Positions 43,394-56,485 of a DNA stretch of 60,644 nucleotides are shown here, one piece after another. The notes beneath the pieces are model-generated. The model ran no database searches, was not told the origin of the DNA, and worked only from the letters and a program-made list of their open reading frames with translations. This DNA is from Salisapilia sapeloensis CBS 127946 (lineage: Eukaryota > Protista > Oomycota): NCBI GenBank assembly GCA_023334545.1, contig JAADVB010000099.1, positions 1-60,644 of the forward strand, read 5' to 3'. Within the stretch, counting starts at the first letter, position 1. Each line of letters opens with the position of its first letter. Both the position numbers and the translations under genes were made by a program.

Positions 43394-45938
43394 ATGGAGG
43401 ACAGCCAGGTCCATACTCCTGTCCTTGCGACAGAAGATGCATCTTCGAATGACGGGGAGTCCAGACCAAGTCAAGACAAGATTGTGCACAAGCAGAGTGA
43501 AGATGTGGAGATAAAAGTTACCAATGACCAAGAGGAAGAGGATACTTTGGACGATGGCCGGTCTCAAGCCGATACGGAGCCAAATACGAAGAACACATTG
43601 ACATTGAGAGGTTTCATTGAGGAAGTACGAGTGGCATGGGTTGCGTCGGCTTCCGATCCGTCATTCCCAAACATGCATGATGCTGTTCGTCGAAAATTGG
43701 CAGGTAGATCTGGTCATTCTATTCCTTATCGCTCTTTGCATGCATCCCGGATGGACGTGGCGGATTCAGAGGAGGAATCGGACTCACTAAATCATTCTCA
43801 CACATCGTCTAACTCTATATGCCCAGAGCGAAGACATATACGCTCGCTAACGTTCAATTTCTTCCAGAGTACATGGGTCTTCCTCCTGCTACTAGGCGTA
43901 CTAGCATCCGTCACAGCCTGGACATTGGACGGAGCAATCCTTCTCCTTACAAACGGACTCGAAGCTTTTGTACAGACGGGAGGAAATTGGATACCAAACT
44001 ACTTTCTCTACGTGCTTTGTCGCGTACTCACTCTCCTCATCGGCGTCGCCATCACGTTCTACTTGTGCCCAGCTGCAGCAGGGTCTGGTATCCCAGAGAT
44101 GCGCAGTATCCTCGGTGGATTCCCAGCCCCAGCATATCTCTCCGGTAGAACGCTCCTGACCAAAGCAGCAGGACTTGTTTTTGCGTTGGGAAGTGGTTTA
44201 TCCATCGGAAAAGAAGGTCCGTTCGTCCATTTGAGCTGCATCATCGCCCGGCAACTCCTCCGCATTCCTTTATTTCGACAAATACGCCGGTCGCAGGATC
44301 TCACCCATCATGTCCTCTCCGCTGCCTGTGCTGTTGGCGTGACAGCGACCTTTGGTACGCCCATCGGCGGTGTCTTGTTCAGTATCGAGGTCACCACAAC
44401 GTACTACGTCACGAGAAACTACTGGCGAGCGTTCTTTGCTTCGGTAACATCCACCTACATAGCATGTTTGATAGTGCCTCATGTATAGTACTAGGTTGTG
44501 GGCGTCGTCGTCTTTCGATTGCTGAACTCTGTCGTGTCGGAAAGCAGCGTCTCTCTCTTTGCCACGGAGTTTGATGTACTGCCGTACCAATCGTACGAAA
44601 TTTCCTTGTTTCTCATCCTCTCCGTTCTCTGCGGTCTACTATCTGCGCTCTTTGTACGCATCTACCGCATCGTCCTGACACTGCGAGATGTCGTGTTAGG
44701 AAAAGTCGTCGTGGCTCGCTGGCCTCGCTCGAAGCGTTGGACTCCATTCGTCTACGCAGGCGGTGTCGCACTCGTCTTTGCTCTTGGTGAATACCCCGTC
44801 GGTAGTTTCATGCTCCTCACACAAACCCAAGTGGTCGATGACATGTTCTCGGAAGGTAACCTAACAGAGTCCGACGCCACACGCTTAGGTATTAGCTCGT
44901 TCCTACAAATAACTTGTACACGTACTAACATACAGAATAGCGGAAGTATTTGGAACATCATGGAGCTCTCCTTCGCTTCTTGTGAATTTGTTCTTGTACT
45001 TCATCCTACGATTCTTATCGACAGCTATCTCTGCCACTGTAATGGTGCCTTGTGGAATTGTCACGCCGATGTTAGCGCTAGGTGCTTCTCTCGGTAGACT
45101 GTTTGGTGAAATTGTTGTTGTCTTTGGAGGTGGCACGGAACTTGCAGGAGGGTATGCGGTCGTGGGTGCAGCAGCCTTCACGGCAGGCGTCACTGGCACC
45201 GTCAGTATTGCTGTGATCGTCTTTGAACTGACAGGACAGCTGAGCTACATGATCCCAGTCTTGCTATGCGTACTTGTTGGACGAGCCGTTGCCTTGTTCC
45301 TATCTCTAGACTTTTACGAGACGATTAGCAGACAGAAGAATCTGCCACAGTGGCCGGACTTGACGAATCAAGACTCGTATGATCTTGTCGCGGGAGATAT
45401 CATGCATCCTATCCATCCACACGACGACAGTGTGCTGCCTCGACAGCAGTCATTGTCTAGTTTGCAGTCGTTTGTGAAAATTACAGGAAACGCGTCTGAA
45501 CTGGTGCCTGTCGTCGATAGCGTCGAAAGTCTCGTGTTCCTTGGTGTCGCACAGAAAAGCGAAGTAGAGACGCTGGTTCAAGTGTGGGAAGAGATGACGT
45601 CCAGTCCCAAGAGTGCTGGTGCTAGTGTTTCAAAGGACGAAGAGGATGTAGATGTGATGGATACGCTGTCTGCAAAGATGGCGATGACTGAGCTCTCAAC
45701 GGAGCAGAAAAGCATGCTAGCTCAATCTCAAACGCTGTCTCTTGATTTGGTTCAGAAAGAGCTCTTGGCATTGGACGTTGTCAACTGTCACGTGCATCGC
45801 AACACACCAGCGAGCCATGTGATTCTATTGCTCGCCGTCCACAAGTGTCCTCGGCTGTTCGTCACTTCGAGAGGTAAGCTGCTCGGACACATCCAAGCTT
45901 CCGATCTGCTAGCGAAAAGTAGACGATTTGCTTTGTAG
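43394..45938 (+). CDS. CLC-family chloride channel with CBS domains (3 exons)
   Basis: GSGIPE, GKEGPFVH, GVLFSIEV, YAVVGAAAF, VFELTGQ and the central Tyr in DFYETI. The C-terminus carries CBS motifs (PVVDSVESLVFLG; LFVTSRGKLLG). Confidence 0.93.
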
Positions 45939-46574
45939 GTCATAGAGACGCCAAGTAAAAATTAAATATAATATAGTTTTAAATGAGATCATGGTGCTAC
46001 ATTGCTGTGTAAATCTCTGCCTTGGCATTACGATAAACTGAGTCAGACATCCAATGGCAGTGCTGTCATACGAAGTTGAAATGGGAACATATAAGATCGA
46101 GTATCAATATCTTCAAGTAGTGGGATAATAATTCCTTTCTTAAAATACCAGCACCATAAATGGAGCCCGCGCAGTTCCGTGAATACTTATGCATCATGTG
46201 CAGAGAAATTTGCTACAATCTTGTCACTTACGTGCAAGTGATCTTACCTCGGGCACATGAAGACTCCAGGCTAAATTGCTACTCCGACATGGAAATATTC
46301 ATGGCATCAAGATATCACCATTTAAGAAGCCATACGAACTATGTACACTCTCTCAAAAGTCTATCATACAGAATCTTACCACTCCACACATTCGCTTCCT
46401 GAAAAGTAAACTGGAAACCTTGATAAGTGAGCCATCAAGCCTCGAAAAAGATCCGTCGCTCAAAATACATACCTGTGACCTAATTTAGCTGTCTAACTAA
46501 ATCAATCCATCTATAAAAGCACGATTAAGAAAGCGCTGAATCGAGGGCGAATCGACGCAAGTACTCAGGACATA

Positions 46575-48344
46575 ATGGCTGGATCCGACGGTATGCACGA
46601 CATTAGTTTACATTTGCACCCTCTCCATGTCCCAGCTAAGTAAATGTAACTAAACTACGCTGCTTGCGTGGACTGCAGATGACGAGAGTAAGAAGAGATC
46701 GATCAATGAAATGTTTGGCGAGGACTCGGACGACGACGATGACCAAATTCGCCCAGGTAATCTAAATCAACGATAGTAGGCTTGTATATCGTGTACGATG
46801 TGGTTAATACGATCAATCTGATGTGCTTGCTTATTAATATATCGTCCTCGATCGCATGCTACTCATGATTATACTCCTTCCATACCCTCTATTAACATTC
46901 CTTACTAAATGATACCATCTTAGTCTCCAGTGGCGTAACGGCAGATGCATCTGGGTATGCCCCACCTCAAGCCATTCGCATAATAGGATCACACTTACAA
47001 AATACAATAGATTGTTCGGATCGGACTCTGAAAGCGACGATGAACCAGCTCCAAAGAAGGCAAAAGCAGATAAAGCTTCTCACTCCAACAGTTCTGCTCA
47101 GGCATCAAAAGAACAAGTTAACTCAGGTACATTTAGAAACGTATTCTGTCCATTTCTACCGACTGAACATTTGGCTAGGCGACGAGTACGAGTCGGAAGA
47201 GGAAGGCGCGAGGAACAAGGAGGACGACGAGTTTATTGATGGAGAGGATGACCTCGCTGATGTCCTGCAAGAGTACAACCAAGATGCACAGGTATACGCC
47301 ATATGCCCTTTGCGTTTCCCCAACAGCTCACGCCTCGTATAGAATTTCAACGACACGCGACCAAGTGGTCAGCCAGATCCGCTTCCGAGTAAGAAGCAAG
47401 AGGACTTTTTCGAGCAAACGCTTCGGTCGTTAAAGACCGGTCGACGTAGCAAGATGAAGCTCTCAGCGCAGGAGATGGAGCATCTTGCACAGGAGGTTCT
47501 CTTCCGGATGGACAAAGCGCACGCGGATGACTTGGCAGCTTTGAACGAAGGCAAAGTGCCGTTCAATAAGATCAAGTACTGTGACAACGCAGTGGAGATC
47601 CTTCGGAAGCAGCAGCTGCAGCCGATTCTGCTCGACTTTGACCTTTTGTCGATCATCAAGAAATGGATACAGCCGATGGAAGACGGGACGCTGACCAACG
47701 TCGGTGTTAGGTCAAAGATGCTGCAGACAGTCGACCATCTACCTATCTACAAGGAACACTTGAAGCGCAGTGGCTTTGGCAAAGTCGTCATGGCGCTCTG
47801 GAAACATCCGAATGAAGTAGCTTTGCCTTGTAGCTACTTTTTATCCGTACCTCACGCTTGCATGTAGACTCGAGACAATAAGGAGATTTGTCGAGGAATG
47901 ATCGACCGATGGAGTCGCTCCGTCTTCAACAAGACGCTCGACTACTCAAAACTGTCCGAGCTCGAGGCAGAAAAGGCCGAGAATGGCGGGTACCGACAGC
48001 ACAAAAGGTATCTTCCGTCCTCTTTATACCTCATTTATTCTCCTAACGCCTTCCATAGCATTCAGAAAAAGAAACAGGAAGGACAAGGTGCAGAGTCTAC
48101 GTCAGGTGGATGGGCTGCAGGATCCGAACGTGCAGCCATGCCACAGCAGATGCGCTTTGACTTTATCGCTCGTCCTCGACCGAAGGGTATGCATGCAGAG
48201 GAAGAGGACGAAGAAGGACGACGTGGACGGAAGAAGCTTGATCCAGAGTCGCGCAAAGGACGACTGGCGAAACGCATGCAAGCGATCGCACGGCCTGGGA
48301 AGAAGAGCAAACGGTCGCAGAACATGAGCATTGAAGGTAGATAA
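46575..48344 (+). CDS. IWS1: Transcription elongation factor IWS1/Spn1, multi-exon
   Basis: Acidic N-terminal exons. TFIIS-N-like core: MDKAHADDL, LLSIIKKWIQPMEDGTL, HLKRSGFGKVVMALWKHPNE and IDRWSRSVF. Ends in MSIEGR*. Confidence 0.9.
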
Positions 48345-48397
48345 ACGAATGAAGATGGAAAGCAACTTTCGTACATCACATATATACATTCTCCCAT

Positions 48398-51300
48398 TTA
48401 AAATGAGGTCAGGACGTCTCCATGGAGGTACCCGACGTGCTTCCCACCCCACGTCAGCGATAGATCGAACGGGATGGGCGTCGCTGCAGATAACTCTGCA
48501 CCTGCGTTCTTGAGCATATCTTCCTCTTTGATGCACAACACGCCTTGTCCTCCTCCTCCACCTTTCGCAGCTTCAATGCAAATTGCGACATGAATCGCAC
48601 CATTTACTGCTCGCGTGACAGCCGAGTGCATCACACCATATCGGCCAGCTTCCGTCCACTTCATACTCCGAGAGTTCGTGTAGGCTAGGAACGAGTCTTC
48701 GACTTCTCCGTCCTTTGCAATGGAGCTAAAGCCTCCTGTGACGGAGTGCGCGACTTCATACACCTTTCGCTGCAGAGCGTAGACGTCTTCACTAGGGAGT
48801 GGGAAGACTGTCGAGATCGTTTCAGGCTCAATCGGTTCGATCACTGGACCATACGAGGAGCCTACTTCAAGAGACTCTTCTCTCAAGTCGTACGAGCTCA
48901 AGTTCTTCGAGCGAGCGGAGAACGTGGTGTATGGACTGTTATATACATTGGACGTTAGCTCTCGCGACTGCGCTCGACTGAGCATTCGGTTCATCAAGGA
49001 CGAGATAGACCCTTTACGACTATTCGCAGACGACCGCAGTCCTCTCGAATTGCTTGTCGACGACGAGCTCTTGGAACTAGCTGCTGAGCTCCAGAAACTC
49101 TGGTCTCGCAGTCCTCGACCTTCGCTGATAGTCGAGTCCGTCGGGTCCACTGCATCTTCCTGCTCTCTCGCTGAACTACGCGTGTACCTACGTAGTCCGT
49201 GGCTAAACTTCGTCATCGCTTCCTTTGAGCCATAGCGATACGTCCAGATATTCGCATCGAGGTTCACCAGCTTAAGTCGGAACTCCATGACCCCTTTCTT
49301 ATCCTTGAGTCCTCGAATACCTTCCAACTGATCACTCTGCTCGGCCTCAGCTAACTTGTATGCAAAGAAACGATCTACCTCTAGTTCATATACACTACAC
49401 ACAGGCTTATGTGTTGACGAGACGACGTCTTCACATACCCAGTACGCCACGTTCCTCAGTCTCTCTTTCGTGTCCGTCAAAGAATGTGACAGGATCCGAT
49501 CTTTATATGCCGGCCGAGCAGGCATCGAAGACGCGTCACCTCCATTCATACCTAGAAACTGGTTGTGACACGTACGATCGTACACCATCGAGTACGACGC
49601 CACTTGGTTCGGATCGCGAGGAAACGTCGGGAGGAATCGGATCGGAGGCTCCTCGAATCCACAAAAAGCTTCTTTCGCTTCCAACGCTGCTCGAAGTTCA
49701 TCGTATCGCAGCAGCGCTTGCCACTGCCGTCGCGTCTTGTCCTCGATCATTCCGGACTTGGACATGAGCGCGACGAACTTGCGACGCTCACTACGCGGCA
49801 GACGCTGCAAGCTAGAGGCGTCCATGCTCTCTGCAAACATGGAGCTCGTGCGTGATCGCGCTCGAGCTAGCATCCTATCGACGATCGGATTACCTTTTTC
49901 CATTGTCTCTCGTCCGTCTTCCGTCGAGAACACGTGGTCTAAGAAGCTATTCCAGTCTTCATTCGCCTTGTCCTCTGCTCCTGCGTTCCCGAATGAAAAG
50001 CGACTGACGGGAGCATCGAACGAAGTGTCGCTTGAAGTCACTGGAGACCGGAGGAGAGTGAACGGCATGTTGTCATGATTCGAAGTGAAGACTTGGTCAT
50101 ATTCTGCGCCTTCCTCCATGGACATGCCGGAGCTTGCAGATGACCTTGCTTGGGTATCAAAGTAAAGCAGGTCCCAGTCCACGGCTACATTGCCTCCCAC
50201 CTGGTTGTGCTCGACCTCCTGTTTTCCCTCCTTTCCACCTAACGGCCCTGCTAGCATATTCATTTTCTCCATTATACGCTCCGTCTCTTCCACATCCCGA
50301 CCGTACGTGTACAATTCGTCACTAGACGATGGCGCGACCTTTGTATCCAATGCCTGGTCCGTCGATCGTTTTAAACACTCGGCCTTGTACGCCTGGTCTA
50401 GACTACTCACGAGCTTGGAGGCAGGAGCAGCAATGTCATAGTTCAGGTTACCAGATAGGAACGTATGATGGTACAGATATGGAAACTCCACATTTGCTTG
50501 GTCCGTGTCCATCCCAAAGGACCGGATCAAGTCGGCACTCGTAGCATGCTTCTCTTCGATCGATATCTTCTTCGCGTTGACACCTAGCGACGGGTAGCTG
50601 GACAATGGTATGGTCGAGCTACCGTGCAGCGACCCACTGGTGGCACCTCCGCCGTTCGCTTCAGATACAAAGGTACCGTTATGTGCAGACGTAGCAGCAT
50701 TTCCGGTGGTTGCCAAGTGAGACGGGAACGATGCACCGAGGTTGCAGCTGACAAAGGCCAGAGACGCGTCAAAGTATCGAAAGGGGATGCCAGCAACTTC
50801 TTTCAACGACTTCTTCTGCGACCAGATGCGACCATCCGCTGGTCGGAACTGAAAGTTGCCACTCAAATCGTCCGCTTTGTTCACAAAGACGATCTGACAT
50901 ACTGCTGCTTCTCGTCCGACACGCGCACTTGCGCCTGCTAACGTCGTGATGGACCGATAAGCCATGGGGTAGTTGATACGCATGAGATGCTGACGGATGC
51001 ATGCTTCTGCGCCAGAAAAGTCGCTGCAGTGCTGCAACGAGAAGACGTACAGGTCCTTTTCAGGAGGAACCCACTTGTCTAGACTACGAGGGAATGGCCG
51101 CCAGTCCATGTCAAATGTCGTGACGAAGATGGAGGCTGTGCCCAGTTGCTGCCGCTCCTCCTCTTTGCCCATTTGAAGTACCTTGGCATCGTCTCCACTC
51201 GCACCTTTGCTACCTGTCCGTCCTTCGCGTTGTTCCTTTGCTTGTCGTTTCGCGAATCGACGTCCAATATACCCATGGAACTTGCCATAAATGATTGCAT

Positions 51301-52264
51301 TCACAAATCCCTGGAGAGACACGACGGAGACGTGCAGCATGGAGAGTACGAAGAGCGTGCGACCTGTGATGGCATTGTATCCTCGGTCAAGCACCGGCGG
51401 AATCCAGCAGATGAGAAAGCCCGAAATGTAGATGGTCAAGTTGTACACGACCTCATGATACGCTCGACGAGCGTCGTCATTCACTTGAGCCTCCAGCCGC
51501 TTCTTGACGTTGATTTTAACGAGGATCAAAAGCACGATGAGTGCAATGCCGCCGAGGATGACCCAAATGTAGAGCACACCTAGCTTCCAGTAGTTATAAT
51601 CGTCAAGTACCCAGCACCACAATCCAGCATCTCCGAACCGATTAACTACGTACGTCATTAGTTTTGTTTTAAAAGACTCGAAAGACACTGGTACAGGAAA
51701 GCGCGAGGGCAGGAATCGCAACGTTGATCAAGATGGTACCAAGGAGGTAGTACTTGATGTTCTTCTGCAGTCGTTGCTGGTCTTCACCTCGACAGACCCA
51801 CCAGTAGAGGTTGACGGCCATGACTAAATTCCAAGCAATGGGCGAACCATCGCCAAAGGTTACCACTACATTTTCCATTAGTCACGTGCATTTTCATGAA
51901 ATACTTTCGATTGCATACCAAAGGCTTGGAGGTTGCACAAGGACGACGTCTCTTGTCCGGCTTTGATCGTATATGTCGGCAGGACACTAAAGATGCGACC
52001 AATAGCTCCAATTAAGTCCTACATACATTTTGTTAAACATACATTTCGCATATAGGTAAAATAGCGACATACGAGCCACGCAAGGACGTGAATGAGCTCT
52101 TTAATGACGTCGAGCTGCTGCGTCGTATTCGCTGCAGCGACACGCGATATTAAATGACGCGTTTGCCAGTAGCGAATAAGGATGTAGAGAGCGCCGACAA
52201 TGGATAGCCCGGACGAGATCGCCCCGGCCACCATTTTGGACGTCATGTGCGTGTCGTCGCTCAT
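48398..52264 (-). CDS. GPCR (cAMP-receptor-like 7TM) fused to an inositol polyphosphate 5-phosphatase-like domain (GPCR-INPP), multi-exon
   Basis: 7TM features: SIVGALYIL, WNLVMAVNLY, GDAGLWCW, FLICWIP and SLQGFVNAIIYG. 5-phosphatase layout: FVTTFDM, LYVFSLQ, LAFVSC, SGNLNY, FEEPPIRFLPT, PAYKDRIL and STHKPV. Confidence 0.88.
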
Positions 52265-52514
52265 TTCGACCTCCCTTCTTCCACCGAATAGAGAATGCGT
52301 CACGATTGACACGAGAATAGGTTCAATCGATACTTTTCAAGCCCAAGGACTCCACCAATCAACGCGCTCGAGTGAGGAGATCGTTTACATTGGAGCCGAC
52401 TCATCTGGTCCGCAAAGGTCTCAGATATGTATCGGCCAATCTATCGTCGCGTGACGTATCTGAGACCGAAGATATCTTCAAAAGGCGCACCCAAACGTCA
52501 CTCGTCACGCTACA

Positions 52515-53831
52515 ATGGACACGACAGATGCACCACAGCTCATAGAGCACACGAGCAAGTCTGTGCCTTTTACACCCAATGCAGTGCGATGGATGCCGAG
52601 CTCTGCGAAGTTCATTGCCATGGGGATTTACCCGAAGGCTACAGGCGCAATCTCTGTCTATCAACTCAACCAAGGTGGAGAGCTTAAGACGTGCTTGGAG
52701 CTAGAGAAGCGCCATGGCATTAAATGTGGAACTTTTAACGCATCTTCCATCGAGAACAGGCATCTAGCGACTGGAGACTTTGGCGGCGTCATGAGTGTCT
52801 GGTAGGACGTGTCTGTACACCGAGCATGCGTCTTATGGTCTAATTGTGTGTAACGTATTCAGGGATCTAGAGCAACCGGAGAAACCAGTATATGAAGCCC
52901 AAGCCCATAGCTCTATCGTGAACGCTATCGATGGGTGTGGTGGTCGCAGTGTTGGTCATGGTGCCCCTGAAATCGTCACAGCTGGACGCGATGGCTGCGT
53001 CCGTGTTTGGGATATCCGAGTCCCTGATCCAGTCGTCGAACTCAAACCGTCCAACCAAGAAGTATGCTCTAGAACCCTCTCATAATAAGCTATATGGTGG
53101 TATGTAACTCTCTACGGTTCAATAGGCAAGTCGAGACTGTTGGTGTGTTGCATTCGGTAACTCGTTCAGCGATTCGGAGCGATGCATTGCTTCTGGGTAC
53201 GATAATGGGGACGTGAAACTATTCGATCTTCGGACAAACTCAACGTTGTGGGAGACAAATTGTCAAAATGGAGTTGTGCATGTAGAGTTTGATCGACAGG
53301 ACATTGAAATGAACAAATTACTCGTGACAACGCTCGAGTCTAAGTTCCGAATATTCGATATGCGGACACAACATCCCGAGAAAGGATTCGCCAGTATGGT
53401 GGAAAAAGCTCATCGATCTACCATTTGGCAAGGACGATTCTTGCCCCAAAATCGAGATTTGTTCATGACCGGTGGTGGTAACGGAGGCTTCAACTTGTAC
53501 AAATAGTGCGTATCGCTTTGAAACTTTAATTCCTCGACGATGTCTAACGTACAGCCTGCCACAGCCACTACCCAATGTCTCGCATGACGAAGGACAAAGA
53601 TGGGAAGCTCGAAGGTGTTGCGGGAAGTGTTGAACTACTCAACTCTCGGGTGCTTTCAACTCAGCCGATAGTCAGTCACGACTGGAGGTACCATACATCA
53701 TGTAACGTTGACTGCGTATTGTGCCTAAGAGTTATAATATTTCTAGTCCGGATCGTGAAGGCTTGTGTGCCCTTGCATCTCTTGATCAAACGGTTCGAGT
53801 CTACATCGTATCGAAAACACATAAATACTGA
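52515..53831 (+). CDS. WDR92: WD-repeat protein 92 (R2TP/prefoldin-like co-factor for axonemal dynein assembly), multi-exon
   Basis: PQLIEH...[74 protein letters not shown] and final [12 protein letters not shown]. Confidence 0.93.
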
Positions 53832-53923
53832 GCGATAAGCAGTCCACTTGGATCAAATGCCGGACAAAATACTTGAAAAGCAATACTTGATTCCTACTAT
53901 AAATTTCTACACCTACCGCTGCG

Positions 53924-56331
53924 TTATTGTGCTAGTTCGAGCAGTGATATTGCGACATTTGCGCTATCTTCGCTCACACTTTCGTTTGCATTTACAGCAT
54001 CGATGCTCTTGCTCGTTGTATGAGGTTGAGCATCATAATGTGCTATCGGCGTAAGCTCAGCTTCACGTCCCTCTGTTTCATTGACTTCTACCTTAGCACT
54101 ATATTTGTCTTCTAAGTCAAATTTCTGGTCTTCTGGCTTAGGCAAAGTTTCTGGATCGCATTGTGGACTGGGTAAATTGATCGATTGCTGATAACCTGCT
54201 TTCCACGCCTGGTATCGTCGTACTCCGTTTGATACATCAAAAGAAACAGGAGCCTGGACCTCCTTACTAGTATGACTTTCAAGGTGAGAAATACTCTGAT
54301 TAGTGGCGTCTTTCACTTTCAATTTATCCGATCTTGTACTACCAGATAAAGGTGATGGACGGAGCGAATTATAATCAAAATCTAACTCCTCTTTGCAAGC
54401 TTGTTTAAATGCTAGCTCATTTCCCCCTTCCGTTGATTGATACTCGCAAATCTTCCTGAGTTTACTTTGTGCTTGCATGCGTTTAATCTTTTCATCGTGC
54501 AAATGCTTCCGTAAACTTGATAGTTGCTCCAGAAGTGCTGTTTCCATCTTCTTTTTCGTGTCTTTCAACTTATTAATTTGTTCATTCTGCTTTTCGATTC
54601 GACTTTCCATAGCTTTTTGCTCCTGGAGAGAGCAAGCACTCAAATTTACGGCTTCATTCATCGCTTTCGCAGCTTCATTGCGCTGTGACGAAATGGTTTG
54701 TAGATCTTGCAACGATTTCTCCATCGCCTCTTTTAGAGCTTTTTCATCACCCTCCTTTTGTAAAAGCTCTCGATGTTTCGCATCGATTTGCGCTTGCAAC
54801 TCAAACCTTTCTTTAGATCCTTCATCGACAGAACTCTCCAACTGCTGAACTTGAGATTTGAGATCTTCACATACAGCTTTCACAGCAGCAAAGTCATCTG
54901 CTAGACTCTTCTTTGTCGTTTCCAAATCAATCCTTTCGTTCTCTTTTGCCGCATTCTGCTCTTTGAGATCTTGTATTTCGCCAGCTTGATCTTGTAGCAT
55001 CTTTTGAAATTCTTGATCATCCTTTTCTAGTCGCTCAATATACTCTCGCTGGGACTCAGAGTGTCTTGTCAAATTATGCAAATTAGACTCGGACACATCA
55101 AGTCGACGAACCAAGTCTTTTATCTTTCTCTCGTACTCTGTTTCCTTCTCTACTAACTTGGATTCTAAGTGAAGTTTTACTTCTGCTTGCTCTTGAATAA
55201 AATGAAGCAGCTTTGTTTTTTCGACGGCATAGTTCTGTATATCTCGTGCAGAAGCTGATAGCTGGCAACTTACGTGCGTTCTCTCTTTTTCTAATCCCGC
55301 TATATACGCTTCTTTCTCTTCAAGACGGTTTTGTAGGGAGTCGAGCGAAGCCTCATTCTCTTCTAATGAGCTCTGAGCACATACGAAATATAATCAAGAT
55401 TGTCAAGTTACAATAGATAGTAAATAGGAATTACCTGAAGTTTCTTCTTCTCAGCTTCTTCATTAGCGAGTTGCAAAGCCAAATTTGACTTTTCATCTTC
55501 TACTTCTGCAAATTCGTACAAGATACCATTGTGTAAGCTCCCATTCAGCTCCATCTCATCAAATCTTGTATCTAGTGCTCTTCTCAGAACTTTGTTCTTT
55601 TTTTGGAGATCATCGATCGTACTGCGGTACTCAGATATGCTTTCTTCGTGTTCCTGATTCATCCTCGAAAGCTCCTCGACTTGGCGAGAGAGATCCATAC
55701 CAGTGTTAGCCGCAGACTAATTTATTTCTCCAGTTAGCTTAAAGTGCAGTCGATTAATAAATCTAGGGTACCTGTCCATTTGATTTAGTGGAATATCGCT
55801 GCTCAATTCGCTTGGCATATTCTCTATTTTGAACCGCCTGGAGCTCTATCTGACGTTTTTCGTCTTGCATTCGGTGTACCTAAGCCAAGTTTCCACGGGA
55901 TTAACTCCAATATTATAGTCAGTGCACGTTTTTTTCAAATACCATCTTTCGCAGTTTGTCACTGCTGCGTTGTAACTTCTCCTTATCAGCTCGCATGGTC
56001 TTCATGTTTTTCCTAAGACCAAAATTCTATTGGATGGAAGATACAATGATTTCTGTATAACAATGTAGTCCATGGGAGAAAGCGGGAGTAGTATCCGTAC
56101 CTGTTCATTTGATTTATCTAACTGTTGCCTTGTTCTTAAGAAGGCTCGTTCAAGGTCTTTAATTTCATTTTTCAAAGTAGCTATATGACTTGATGAACGA
56201 GGCCCTCTTGCCTCCTCTTCAAGTTTGACTGAAGAAGATGTTACCGAATAACTATCCTCAAAACTTTCTTCATCCTGCACACTTTCAGGAAGCTCTTGAT
56301 ACTTCACTCCATTTCGCATTGTAAGCTGCAT
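53924..56331 (-). CDS. Long coiled-coil protein, multi-exon, family unassigned
   Basis: ORFs 56002-56331, 55408-55698 and 53924-55114 all show E/K/Q/L heptad character and are separated by intron-sized gaps. Confidence 0.75.
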
Positions 56332-56485
56332 TTAGGCAATAAAGAGACTGGTCTGAGTAGTCCAGTTACAAAAGCATCTCAACAAGGCGTTTCAAAATCT
56401 CAATAAAAGCATATGAGAACACATCAAAGTATGTCTTACTTGCATATCGAAATCTAGGTTCAAATTTTAACATTACAACGCACCT

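Noticed and set aside
45960-46560. Short plus-strand ORFs between CLC and IWS1
   Set aside because: AT-rich with no motif and no convincing exon structure.
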